Counted from the first letter of the stretch, positions 13,691 to 25,748 are shown. The stretch: DNA of 64,000 nt from an uncultured Gemmatimonadales bacterium (GCA_963798085.1 CAWCRS010000003.1:928001-992000), one strand, 5' to 3'. Notes: generated from the letters alone by a model not told the origin. Program-made: numbers and translations.

Positions 13691-16600
13691 GTGAACGACG
13701 CAAGATCACCCGATCGCAGCCGAGAAGACCTGGTCGACCGGGTCAGCAGAGTCTTCGGTTTCTTGAAGGCGGTTCAGGAAGAGCGCAATCCGCCTCCTAC
13801 CCAAATCCGGCAGCACCCCTGGGTCCTCCGCTTCAGTGACATTCCGCAACACGACTGCACGCATATTCGGCCCATATCATCATATCTCAATACTGAGGAG
13901 CGTGATGTACCTGATGCCGGAAGGCGCGACGCGATTCTGACGGTCCGGAGGCCACAGCTAACCGATCCACCTACTCCTCCGGCTGAAATACGCAAATGGC
14001 TGAAGGGTACCTGGTCCGATCCAAAACTTCTGCCGGAGCACCTTTCTGTCCCACCCTCAGGAATGGACGACGATCTGGAGACATTTGACCATGATTCAGG
14101 CCGCGCCCAGGCGTGGACAGCGTGGATCAATGAGTGGCGGCAGTGGTCGGATTCGGAGCGTCCCACGCGGGTCGTCCTTGACCTGTATCAACGGCTGTTT
14201 GCTTTGCACGGGCGGCTGGAGCGCGAGAGTGAAGCGTATGAACTCATGGTCGGTGACGGCATACTACAGTGGCACGCTCCGGGCGGGCAACCCGTCCAGC
14301 ACCCGATCCTGCTGCAAGCTGTAGATCTAATCTTCGAGTCGGGGCGCGCAACCTTCCGCATTCTGGAAGGCGATCGCCCAACTGAATTCTATTCCTCAGC
14401 ATTTGCCCGAAATCCCAACGTAGATGGTGCACGCATTCGAGCCTACAGCAAACGCGCAGAAGAACATGGATTACACCCATTGGCGCCAGGCGAAACGACA
14501 GGCTTTCTGCGCGACTTGGCCGCATCGCTGAGCGCCGGCGGCGAGTACATGGACGGGCCTGTCGAGCGCAAAGCCACATTCGGACCCTGTTATCGGCCGC
14601 GATCCGGTTCTGTTCCTGCGGCGTCGAGGAGAAGGACTTCAGCGCGTCATAGAAAAGATCCTGATTGATCTGCAGGAAGGCGGTCAGATTCCGTCGTCGA
14701 TCCTTCGCATTACTGGCATTGACCCCGAACCGGGTCTCTCGCGTTTGCCTGCTCGCGGCAATTCATGGGACGAACCACAAGACGTCCTGCTGACCAAGGA
14801 AGCCAATCAGGAACAGATCAAGATTGCTGAACGGCTGGAGCAGTCTGGTGCTGTGATCGTGCAAGGCCCACCCGGAACCGGCAAAAGCCACACAATTGCC
14901 AATTTGATCGGACACCTTCTCGCGCGTGGTTCGCGGGTTCTCGATCACCAGCCATACCACCAAAGCACTGAAAGTCCTGCGTGAGAAGGTTGCGGAAAAA
15001 CTCCAGCCTCTCTGCGTCAGCGTTCTCGAAACGGATCAGGCCGGGCGCGAACAACTTGAGCAAGCGGTAACTGCGATCGTGGCTGCCTTGGCGGATCGAG
15101 ATCCTGATCGCCTGAGAGCCGATATCCGCAGTCTTCGTGTAGAACGCGATCAACTTCTTGTACATCTCCGAGATGTGGAACGTTTGCTCCTTGAAGCTCG
15201 CCGCGCAGACTACTTACCCGTGTCCATTGGCGGCAAGACGTGCACACCCGGGGAAGCGGCGCGCGAAGTGGCCTCGGGCGCCCACGCTCATGGTTGGATC
15301 CCGGGCCCCGTAGAAGCCGGGGCGCCGCTGCCACTCAGCGTCACGGCCATCAACGACCTGTATGCCACGAATGTTGCCGTAACTATCGACGCTGAGCAAG
15401 AACTCATCGAATCAATCCCTGCCTCGGACGAATTGCTGCAGCCAGATGAGTTTATGCAAGTTGTGGCGGGGTTGGTCAGCGACCAGTCTGCTGTCTTCGA
15501 TGCGTATTGGAGCTCACCTGCATCGCCGGATGACAGTATTGACTATGAAACGCTCGGAGAAGCAGCTATACGGGCAATGGCGCCTCTCACCAATGACTCA
15601 GGTTGGGAGATCGCGATAGTTGCGGCCGGCAGAAGGAAGGAAGGGGCCGCGGCTCCATGGATCGAATTGATCCGATCTATCGAGACCACGACCGCAACGG
15701 CGGCTGGAATCCAGGAGACTCTGATTCGGTCTGACCCTCATTTGGCTGATGACATTTCGCTCACCGACTCACTCCGGCTGGCAACCGAAATCGCAGCGCA
15801 CGTGCGCCAGAAAGGTCATGTTGGGCGCCTCCAGAAGCTGTGGCAAGCTGATTGGCGTCATTTCATTGCCAAAGCGCGGAGCAGAAACACCGAACCAGAC
15901 ACCCTTGAGGATTTTGAGGCGCTCGCTGCATACACGAAGTTGTTGATCCAGCGAAAGAGCCTGGTTGATCGCTGGGATCGGCTGATGGCGCCATTAGGCG
16001 CACCGACTTGCGCTGAGTTGGGGCCGGAACCAGAGATAACTTGCGAGCAATATGTGCCGGGCATTCAACAAGCTCTCGACTGGACGGCAAGGATGTGGGA
16101 GCCAGCTTGTGCAGCGCTCGAGGCAGCCAACTTCGATTGGGAGCAATTTATCGGCGATCAATCTGCAGACCTGAGACAGTACGGCGACCTGCTGCGGATC
16201 CGCGACAGCGTCCTTGGACCGCTGCAGCAGTGCTTGGCCGTCCGGCAGGCGGCCGTCCGCCACGAGAAGTCAATGATTGTGCTGGAGGCATTGGAAAATG
16301 CACTTGCGGGTTTCGTTGGTGCAACGACCACCAATCTGAAGAAGGCGGTAAAGTTACGGGACCCCGATGCCTACGCCATTGCATTCAACCGATTTGAGGA
16401 CCTTCGGGCGCGTGATGCCGTCCTGCGTTCGCGTTTAGCGTGGCTGAAAGCAGTCGATACCAGCGCACCAAACTGGGCCCAACACATTAGAAGCCGCGAC
16501 GGGAAGCACGGAGCTCCCCTTCCTCCTGGCGATCCCAATCGAGCATGGCGCTGGCAACAGCTGAGCCAAGAGTTAGATCGCCGTGCATTGATTGATACCG

Positions 16601-18191
16601 TTCGGTTAACGCGCGAGCGCGAAGAACTCCGCGGCCGTATTCGCCACGTAACGGTCGATCTGATCGAGGCACAGTCATGGCTTCATCAGATCGAGCGGAC
16701 TGCCAGCGACGAGCGAAGGGCATTGGTCGGGTGGGCCGATACAATGCGGCGGATCGGCCGCGGTAACGCCGCCGGGCACCAATCCTGCGAGCTGAGGCTC
16801 GCAAATTGATGGATAAAGCGCGTTCAGCCGTGCCAGTATGGATAATGCCCTTGTCGCGTGTTTTCGACAGCTTCGATCCCGGGAGGGAGAGATTTGACGT
16901 AGTGATTATCGACGAGGCGAGTCAGGCAGACATTACTGCACTTGTTGCGCTGTATATGGGGCGCCAAGTTGCTGTTGTTGGCGACCACCAGCAAGTCAGT
17001 CCTCTCGATGTCGGGCGGGATCTGGGGAGTCTCGACAGCCTGATTGCCCAACACCTCGCAGACATTCCCAGCAGCCATCTCTACGACGGAAAGACCTCCA
17101 TTTACGATCTGGCGCGCCAAAGCTTTGGTAGCACGATTCCGTTAATGGAGCATTTTCGGTGCGTACCGGAAATAATCGAGTTCAGCAACGGCTTATCGTA
17201 CAACTGGACCATCAAACCACTGCGGGACGGAGCAAACGCGGTTGTCGGACCTCCAACGGTCGAGTTCTACGTATCAGCTGTGCAGGCGCAGCAAAGGCGC
17301 AACCGGAAGGAGGCACTTTGGATTGCGGCTCTGCTACAAGCTTGCATTGAGCAACCGGCATATTCCGATAGCACGTTCGGAGTCATCTCCCTGGTTGGTG
17401 AGGAGCAGGCTATCGAGATCGAGACGCTGCTGCACAGAGAGTTGCCGCCATCGGAGATCCACAAGCGCCAGATAGTCTGCGGCAACGCAGCGCGATTTCA
17501 AGGGAATGAGCGTAATGTGATCTTCCTCTCAATGGTCGATGCACCGTCAGGTGACGGCCCGCTTGCGCTTCGTTCACAAGACCTTTTCAAGCAGCGCTTC
17601 AATGTGGCAGCCAGCCGTGCCCGCGACCAGTTGTGGCTTGTGCATTCACTCGACCCCGGAACGGATTTGCAGCCGGCGGACTTGCGCAGGCGGCTTATCG
17701 AGCATGTCCGAGACCCGGGACGACATCTCCGCGAGCTCTCCCGAGAGCAGGCCCGTACAGAATCCGAGTTCGAGCGCGAGGTGCTTCGTGCATTGGTTGC
17801 AAAGAACTACCGAGTTCGGAGTCAGATTCATGTGGGGTACTATCGTATTGACATGATCGTCGAAAATTCCGCAGGAAAGAAGGTCGCAATTGAGTGCGAT
17901 GGCGAACGGTTCATCCGATCGAGAAGATTCCTGCCGACATGGCCAGGCAAGAAAAATCCTGGAGCGCCTGGGTTCGACCTTCATCAGGATCCCGTGGAGC
18001 AGGAATGGTACCGGGAGCCGGATAGGACGCTGGATGAAGTGATGAATGAACTGAGCCGACTTGGCGTTGATCCGCTCGGACCTGCAGATAGCCTGATAAC
18101 CGTGGCAGCAATGGAGTTGAAAGAAGCAGTCATTCGGCGAGCCTTCGAAATCGCTAACGAACGGAGGGTGAAGTGGAGCCCATTTCCGTGA
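13691..18191 (+). CDS. Large SF1 (DNA2/Upf1-like) helicase with C-terminal Vsr/DUF559/MTES_1575-like nuclease; frameshifted, ~1500 aa
   Basis: ANQEQ, VQGPPGTGKSHT, FDVVIIDEASQ, VGDHQQ, EHFRC, FQGNER, RFNVAASRA; then ESEFEREV...YRIDMIV...VAIECDG. GAGGAG RBS before GTG 13691. Confidence 0.88.
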
Positions 18192-18323
18192 CTGCCTAGA
18201 TTGGATCCGAAGCTCATCCACATTACTTTGGCACCGGGCGCCACAGCCCGGCGAACGCAGTGTGCAAGCAGCCATATGTGACGCGCGACGGGCAGCTGGC
18301 TCCGTTCTTTACGAGGAGGCAGA

Positions 18324-18440
18324 ATGGCGCGAATCGCCGAAAAGGAACCAGTGTTCGAAGCGGTCGTTCGATGGCGTGAGAAGTGTCTGATCGCTGATGG
18401 CTCGATTCTCTCAGACGAACATCTCTGGGCACCGTCACGT
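18324..18440 (+). pseudogene. Truncated N-terminus resembling McrB-like AAA proteins
   Basis: Strong GAGGAGG RBS. MARIAEKEPVFEAVVRWREKCLIADGSILSDEHLWAP resembles recalled N-termini of McrB-like proteins, then similarity stops. Confidence 0.4.
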
Positions 18441-18664
18441 CAGACTACCGCTACGACACAACCCGTCCCGAGTATCAGAATGTACGATCAGTACAATGGG
18501 ACAGCGTTGGCCCATGGCCTAGTCGTTCCGCATTAAGCCGGGATCTGGTTCTCCGTGGTCAGCGTCGGGTGGTGCCGGGGGACCGAGGCTAACGGCTCGA
18601 GAGTTGTGCTTTAAGGCAACAAGCCTCCGAGCGTTGTTCGGGTGAGGCCGTTGTGGCTGATGTT

Positions 18665-18961
18665 TCACGGCTTGCACCGGTTGCAGTGATTCAACTCCAA
18701 CACGTCGATGCCGAGCGCAACCGCGTTGTCGTACAGATTGACAACGGTGTAAAACAGATACTTCGGCGCCCGAGAGGTTTGGCCTTTGCCCTTCAACTCG
18801 AGGCGATAAGACAAGGTGGCGCAAATTGCTCTGTGGAGCGTATAGCGTCCGTTTCGGCCGCGGGTCAGAATGACGACAAATCCACTATGGTACTCGCGAA
18901 GACCTGCCTGGTACTCATCTTCATTCTCCTTCAAGCGCACTCCGTCGGCGAATGCACGCAT
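18665..18961 (-). CDS. Hypothetical small protein, possible metal-binding (LHRAxC...CxxC)
   Basis: 98 aa with GGAGA RBS, LHRAICATL and C-terminal CNRCKP. Confidence 0.55.
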   Translation of the reverse strand: MRAFADGVRLKENEDEYQAGLREYHSGFVVILTRGRNGRYTLHRAICATLSYRLELKGKGQTSRAPKYLFYTVVNLYDNAVALGIDVLELNHCNRCKP

Positions 18962-19183
18962 TAGTCAGCTTCTCCGGGTTGCTGTGGATAAGCACAAACC
19001 TACCCCATAGATCGTGCGAGAGGGCCACCGGCGGCCTTCGTAACAACCGAATTGGCCGGACCTGTCGAGCGCCCAGCTTTTCCGCTCACGCAACTGCTGC
19101 CAGCTGACAAGGCGCTATTGCTGGCTACTGCTTGGCGTCTGAGCGCCGATGCCCAAACGCCGGCGCGGGTTAAGCACGGGCTA

Positions 19184-21894
19184 TCAGCGGCGCATCGACT
19201 GTAGCGGGTCCGCGCGCGCAGCCCGCAGCGCGGGCACCAACGTAGCGCTCAGCGCCACGACCAGCACGGTAGCTGCGGTGACAGCGAGCACGAAAGGATC
19301 GCCGGGAGAAGTGTGGAAGAGGAGAGGTTGCACGAGGTGGCCCGTGAGGCGGACGAGCACGAGGCCGATGAGCACACCGGTTGCGCAGTGATGAACGGCG
19401 CCCGACCGAGCACCGATCCGAGGATACGCCCCTGCCGCGCACCGAGCGCCACGCGAATGCTCAGCTCGTGCAACCTCTCGCCCACCACGCAGGACATCAC
19501 ACCGAAAAGACCGACGGCCGAGAGCAGGATCGCGAGCGCGGCGAAAAGGCCGAAGAGCACGGCGCCCAGTCGCGCGGGGCGAGTGTCGCCGGCGAGCAGC
19601 GTGGACATGGGTACCACGTCGACCAGGGGCAGCTCCGGAGCGACGCTCTGCAGGCGTTCGTGGATGACGCGCACACTCGCGAACGCATCGCCGGCAGGCC
19701 GCACGAGAAGCGCGCGCAGACCGGAAATGCCACGACCCGCCTGCTCGGGCACATAGAGCTGCGGTCCGGGAGCATCATCACCGAGACGGGGGGACCGCGT
19801 AGATTCCGCCACGCCGACCACCGTCGAGCAATGCAGCCCCTTCTCGCCGAGGTGTGTCATCCCGATATCAATGCACTGGCCAATGGGATCGGCGTCGGGC
19901 CACAGCACGCGGGCTAACACGTCGTTTACGATCGCGGTATTGCGGCCGTCCTGCGAGGCGAACGCTCTGCCTCGCAACAGTCGCGTACCAGCCGTCTCGA
20001 AGTACTCGCTGGATACCGCCATCATGCGTACTTCGGCGTTGTGCAGCTCGGGAATCGTGTCGCGGCCGGGCAATGCCACGGTAGTGCTCAGGTAGGAGCG
20101 GTAGGGCATTCCCTCGACGAGCGCGGCGTGCTCGATGCCGGGCATCCGCGACAGCTCCTCGAGCATTGTGCGCAGCACGTCATTCGCCTGCGCGTCCGAG
20201 AACCCTGCGGCGCCGAGATCGGTCGAGACCAGGAGCAGGCGATCGGCATCCATGCCGGTGCGCAGCCGCGACCCATTCACGAAACTGCGCACGAAAATGC
20301 CGGTGCCGGTGAGGAGCACGACGGCGGCGGTCGCCTGCAGAACCAGCAGCACCTGGCGCGTGCGCGTAGGCGAGGCCGCTCGCATGCCGGAGCGCAGCTC
20401 GTGCGCGAGATCGGCAGGCGCGGCGCGCAGCGCGGGGAGCAGCGATGTGCTGACGCCCACGAGCAGCGTGACGAGCGCGGTGAAGAGAAAGACGTGCGCG
20501 TCGACCGGTGATTGCGGCCATGCGTAGTCGTCCAGCAGCAGGTGCTGCAGCAGTCGGCCGCCCGTGGCCACGAGCAGCAGGGCCGCGGCACCGCCCAGTA
20601 CCGCGAGGAGCAGCGACTCGCTCAGCAGCTGCGTGAACAGGCGCCCGCGTGTGATGCCCAGTGCCATGCGCAGTGTGATCTCGGGCCGGCGTCGCAGTAT
20701 GCGGGTGAGCAGCAGATTGGCCACGTTGACACAGGCCATGAGCAGCACCAGCAGGGACACGACACCCAGGACAAACGCCACGCGACTGGCGGCAGGAATG
20801 TTCGCGGAGCGCGCTGGAATGATGGGGTCGAGCTGCAGGCGATCCCGCTCCGCGCTCTGGCCACCGGCCGCCTCGCCCGCGCGGTAGATCGCGGTTGCCT
20901 GCGCCGCGGCCGCCGCGGGGGCAACGCCCGCGCGCAACCGCCCGCGCACGCGCAGCAGCTGCATCCGCCGCATCGTGCGCCAGGTATCCAGCGGGAAGCG
21001 CGGCGCGTCGGCGGCGTTCAGCGGGACGAAGACATCCGCCGGCTCGAGGTCGACGCCGGTGAAACCATTCTGCGGCACACCGACAATCGTGAACCAGCCG
21101 GTGCCCAGCTGAATGCGACGGCCGAGCACGCCGGGATCCTCGCCGTACTCATTGCGCCAGAGCCGGTGGCTGAGCACGACGACATTCCCGGCCGCCGTGG
21201 GGACGTCGTCGCCCGGGCCGAGCAGGCGGCCGAGCGCGGCACGAACGCCCAGCATGGGGAAGTAGCCGCCGCTGACTAACAGGCCTTTTACGGAGCGGGC
21301 CTGCGCTCCCCGTCCCAGCGCGATCGCTTGCGGATACGTCTGCGCCGCCAGTGCCGCGAAGTTCGTGGCGCTGCGCTCGAGATCCTGAAACGACGGGTAG
21401 GACATCGAGGTGCGCGTGTATTCCGACGGGCCATCGTGCGCGCGCGTGTCCAGGCCGTAGACATCCTCCGGCGCCACAATGCCGGCGGGCGCGCGCAGCA
21501 GCAGCCGGTCGACCAGCCCGAACATCGTGGCATGCGCGCCAATGCCCAGGGCGAACGTAAGGATTGCCGCCAGGCTGTAGCCGGGCGAGCGGCGCAGCTG
21601 ACGCCACGCGTAGCGACCATCCTGCCAGCGGCGCTCCAGCCATTCGCGCGCGCCCAACACGCGTTCCTTGCGCCTCGCCGCTTCATGCAGCTGCCTTCTC
21701 GTGCTTTCCGCGCCGAAGCGACGCTCCGCCTCCGCGCGCGCGTCCGGCTCCGACCACCCTGCCGCGATCAGCTCTTCCACGCGCAAGTCGACGTGCGACG
21801 CGATCTCCTCATCCAGCTCCGCGCTCCGGCCTGCGTCGCGACGCGGCACGCGCCGGCGCCCGCGGGATCCAGGATCGGCAGGCGAGGATGTCAT
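19184..21894 (-). CDS. ADOP-family (duplicated MacB/FtsX) ABC permease with permease-prefix domain; frameshift near C-terminus
   Basis: ELDEEIASH...ARAEAERRFG prefix, LTFALGIGA, ACVNVANLLL, ELSIRVALGA and terminal PALRAARADP. Confidence 0.9.
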
Positions 21895-22220
21895 GCATCC
21901 GCCAGCACCGTGTGCAGCATCGTCGCATACTCCAGCAGCCGCGACGTCTCCTTGCGCAGCTCCTTCCGTCCCGCGCTCGTGAGCTGGTAGTAGCGCGCCC
22001 GCCGGCCGTTCGCCGTCACGCCCCACTCGCCGCGAATCGCTCGCCGCTGCTCGAGCCGGATCAGTGCGTGGTACAGGGCGCCATCCTCCACATCCAGCGC
22101 GCCACCCGAGCGCTGCTCCAGCCAGCGCGTGATCTCGTAGCCGTGCAGCGGTCCCTCCGCCAGCGTGCGCAGCACCAGTACATCCAGCGTTCCCCGCACC
22201 AGCGCGATCGTCTTCTTCAT
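21891..22220 (-). CDS. PadR-family transcriptional regulator
   Basis: GTLDVLVLRTL...HGYEI...GALYHALIRLE...RRARYYQLT. Stop overlaps the permease start (ATGA). Confidence 0.92.
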   Translation of the reverse strand: MKKTIALVRGTLDVLVLRTLAEGPLHGYEITRWLEQRSGGALDVEDGALYHALIRLEQRRAIRGEWGVTANGRRARYYQLTSAGRKELRKETSRLLEYATMLHTVLADA

Positions 22221-22478
22221 GATCGGTGCTCTCCTCCCAGTATCTTGGGGCAAGCATGTCAGGTCAGGAGCGAGGCGGCAATACCGTCGGGACGAAGTGA
22301 GGTGCGTGCGCCGCGAGCGGTGGTAACGCGGGTTGCGCGGCGGTGGGCGGGACACGACTGACGGTGTTACGATTCCTCGGTACTTGTGCACAACTACCGA
22401 GGCTTTGTGACATCGGACACGCCGCACTAATGTGTTCCGCGTTCATCGATTCGAAGTTCTCGGGCGGAGGCCGGCAGC

Positions 22479-22610
22479 CACAAGGTGGCGGATGGCGTCT
22501 ACGACCACACGTCGATCGTGCGCAGGATCGAGGAGTGGCGCTGGGAGCTGCAGCCGCTAACGCCACGCGATGCGGCGACGAACAACCTGGCCGGCGCGCT
22601 CGACTTCCGG
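22479..22610 (+). pseudogene. C-terminal fragment of a phosphoesterase/phospholipase C-family gene
   Basis: VYDHTSIVRRIEEWRWELQPLTPRDAATNNLAGALDF, with no upstream part of the gene. Confidence 0.65.
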
Positions 22611-22658
22611 CAGCGGCCTCGCCTGGTCGCGCCGCCACAACGCACCGGCCCGCGGACG

Positions 22659-22971
22659 GAGACGGACTTACGTCACGAGCGCCTCGTGCGGCTGCACGTG
22701 CAGCGCGCGGCGTAGCTGCACGGCGGCCGCCACAATGCTGACCGCGCCCAGCGCCAGTACGGCGAGCACGGCAAACAGCGGGCTGGCTGCGCGCGCGCCG
22801 TAGAGGAAGGACGCCATGAGCCGGGCGGTCACCCATGACGCGGCCAGTCCGGCGATGACGCCGATGGCGACGATGCGCAGTGCGTGACCGTACACGGCCC
22901 GGGCCACGTCGCGGTGCCTCGCGCCGAGAGCCACGCGGACCGCGATCTCTCTCGAGCGTGTCGCCACGGTG
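22659..22971. repeat. 313-bp direct repeat of 26023-26335 (3' end of ADOP permease)
   Basis: Direct comparison shows 7 substitutions and no indels. An extra 18-bp match links 22643-22660 with 25968-25985. Confidence 0.95.
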
Positions 22972-23130
22972 CCCTCTGGGACCGCCTCGCGGAGCTGGCC
23001 GAGGAGTACATCCGCAAGGGCGACCGCCTCTACGTCGAGGGACGGATGGAGTACGACTCGTTCGAGCGAAACGGCGTCACTGTCCCCACAGCAGAGGTCG
23101 TCGTGCGCGAGCTGGTCCTGCTCGGTGCTC
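22972..23130 (+). pseudogene. ssb: Internal fragment of single-stranded DNA-binding protein
   Basis: LWDRLAELAEEYIRKGDRLYVEGRMEYDSFERNGVTVPTAEVVVRELVLLG, the second half of the SSB OB fold. Confidence 0.75.
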
Positions 23131-23159
23131 CGTCGAACAGCGCCTCGATCGCGGACCGT

Positions 23160-23475
23160 GAGGCAGGCGATCAGCAGGTTGTTGATCGCCCACAGCCAGG
23201 CACCGTCTGGCCACTTCGGTGCCATCGCCACCTCGCCGAACAGGAATGCCACGCCGAGAACGACCGCCGCGGTGACGAGACCGACGAGCAATCCGCGCGC
23301 CCAGCTCCACGCGCCCCGGTGGAGACGCAGCGCAGGCCAAACGAGCAGCAGCCAGAATCCGGCGAGGGGCTTGTCGAGGTTGAGGTACGTCGTGAATGGG
23401 ATCGCGTCCAATGTGTACCGCACTGGTCCGATGACGCGCAGGTTGTCGAATCCCGCCAGTTGCGCGACATGAACA
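23160..23475 (-). pseudogene. Internal fragment of CPBP/CAAX (Abi) intramembrane protease gene
   Basis: AGFDNLRV...DAIPFTTYLNLDKPLAGFWLL...LWAINNLL, truncated before the catalytic EE motif. Confidence 0.55.
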
Positions 23476-23563
23476 GGGCGAGGGAGTTGCTCGTCGAGCA
23501 CAACGCGCGGAAGGCGAAGCTAAAGAGGGAGAAACATGGGGAGCCACATCGGAGAAAGGAGAG

Positions 23564-23890
23564 ATGGTCCCCCGACACCTACCCGCGACTTCAAGCGAAC
23601 GGTAGCGACACGCGTGGAGCGCGATCCGGCTTTCGCGCGCGCGATGCTCAATGAAGCGGCGACACTGTTCCTGAACGGCGAGCCGGAAACAGTGCGCATG
23701 TTGCTACGCGATCTGGTGAACGCCACGGTCGGCTTCGAGCAGCTCGCCAGGCTGACGGAGAAGCCGGCCAAGAGTCTGCATCGGATGCTGTCGGCCAACG
23801 GCAACCCCAGCATGGACAACCTCGCAACGATCGTCGACGATCTCCGGGATGAACGTCGAGATCGAGCTGCATGCGGTGCAGGCCCCGTGA
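23564..23890 (+). pseudogene. HTH addiction-module antitoxin (frameshifted), preceded by a possible toxin C-terminal remnant (~23455-23530)
   Basis: TRDFKRTV...RDPAFARAML...LRDLVNATVGFEQLA...KSLHRMLSANGNP. Upstream QLRDMNRARELLVEHNARK resembles the end of a RelE-type killer gene. Confidence 0.7.
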
Positions 23891-23973
23891 TTCGAAGCGC
23901 GAGCATCTGTCCACCGATATGGGCGAAGCGAAACGGCCGCCCGTTCGACAAGGTGGCGCAGACGTTCCACCAG

Positions 23974-25498
23974 TCAGAGCGAATCCACCGCACGAACGAC
24001 ATACCCGAGCACGAAGTTCCCGAATGGCGTCGCGGTCCTGCCTGACGGTTGCCGCCTCCAGCGTCTCGAAATACGGAATGCGGTCGTCACTTCGGATGGT
24101 GACCCAGGGGAAGCCCGCAGTCATGAGGCAGAGGTTCATCAGGAATCGTGCGATCCGACCGTTGCCGTCCGGAAACGGGTGAACCGCCACAAAGTCCAGA
24201 TGAACGAGTGGCGCCCGGACGATTGCTGGCTCACGAAGTTCGTTCGCCAACTCGATATGCTGCTGCATGAGTTGTGGCACCTTTTCCGGCAATGGAGGGA
24301 CGTAGCGCGCACCGCGCAGGTAGGCCGGGTTGCTGCGCCAGCCACGCAATGCGTCGGCATCGATGATGCCGGCCTCCACAGACGGCGAGAAAAGGTCCTG
24401 ATAGAGCGTCTGGATCAGCGGCTCCGAGATGTCGAGGCTTCCGTCTGATTCGTTGATGATCGCGATGCAGCGATCGAACGCTGCCGAATAGCCTTTCACC
24501 GCCATTCGTGCCTTCACATCCTCCGGATCGTGCCCGCCGACCTGCCGGCCAGCGATCACGGCCGAGACTTCTTCGGGCGTGATTCGATATCCCTCGATGG
24601 TCGTGGAGTGGTAGGCGTCATAGGTCTTCGCCGCCTCCGCTTGCCGCACCAGCCGGGATCTGTCGAAACGGGGCTGTTCAATGTGAGAGGCAAGCTCTTC
24701 CCGGATCTGGTCGAAGAAGCCGCGGAAGGTCACCTCGTGTCGCGCCAACCACGGAGAGATGGATCGCGCCTGCGACACCAGCCTTGGAATCACGACCTCC
24801 GAGCCGACACCCGTGCGTGCCCGGCTGATGTGTTCCCCGTGTTCGATGGCAAGCAGGCCGTCGAGCTGTTCCGCGAGACGCCCGTTGCCGGCATTGCCCG
24901 CCATTTCCGCCAGGCGCCGGATGACCAGCGGGCGTGGCATACGGGACCACTCCTGTTGGAGCGCGGGCCTGGAAACGATCAGAGAACGAAGCCAGATCGC
25001 GACCCGTTCCAGATGATCTCGCAGTGTGGTCAGCGGAAGCGCGAGCAGCGTCCGCTCCGGTCGATCCACGGAGAGTTCCGCCCCATCCAGGACGATCGTC
25101 TTCGCCTCCTCCGGGACGACGTCGCCCGGCATCGCCTGCAGCTCGAGCCCGTCACACAACTCGAAGGTATAGTTGCTTCGACTGCTCCCGTGACGGATAC
25201 GAAGGCGGGCCGGCGGCGTCGCATCCTCAATGTACAGCTGCACCGCCGATTCTCGTTCGAGAACTGCGGGCTCGTAGTTCTTGAGAATCGCCTGCACGAT
25301 CCGCCAGTAGTTGCGGAGGCACAGGTCCCGGTCCGGCTCACGCTCGGGCGTCTTGAGGATCCAGGCTTGTCCTCCTGCCGCTTCCACCGCATAGCCACCG
25401 CGGAGCAGGAGGCCGCGCCCCCTTCCCCGCGGTTGTTCGGACCGGGCCATGACGAGGCGGTCGTTCTCGACCTGATCCCTCCACCACGCGATGGCCAC
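23974..25498 (-). CDS. Fic-family protein (putative AMPylase) with N-terminal extension
   Basis: Canonical HPFPDGNGRIAR motif and upstream STTIEG inhibitory-type motif. Likely true stop at 23974 after a late frameshift. Start uncertain. Confidence 0.88.
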
Positions 25499-25724
25499 GT
25501 CCCTGCTTCTGAGCGTCGGTCCGGTCAGTCCTCGCCTCCGGCAGGTACTTTTGCTCTAACAATCTTGGTACGATTACTATATCATGTCTGGTACGAAGGC
25601 TCTAATCAAGCAAGTACGATCGCGATACCCTGAAGCTGGGTCAAGTGGCAGGAGGGCGGCGCCCGACCACAAGCCAGTGACGCGAAACGGCCGCCTGCAG
25701 GCGGTCGATTCCTCGCGCGAGAGG

Positions 25725-25748
25725 CTGCTATGGTTTCTGCTATGGTTT
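25725..25748. repeat. Tandem 12-bp repeat, possible integrase arm-type site
   Basis: CTGCTATGGTTT occurs twice in tandem, about 100 bp from the tRNA fragment. Confidence 0.55.

Noticed and set aside
19040..19180. Integron attC-like site (also 30941-31036)
   Set aside because: AAC...GTT ends are present but the arms do not pair convincingly, and there is no integrase or cassette array.
22668..23501. 277-aa minus-strand ORF (and 22884-23654 on plus) as a real gene
   Set aside because: Accidental in-frame chimera of CPBP fragment, antisense ssb and the duplicated ADOP tail.
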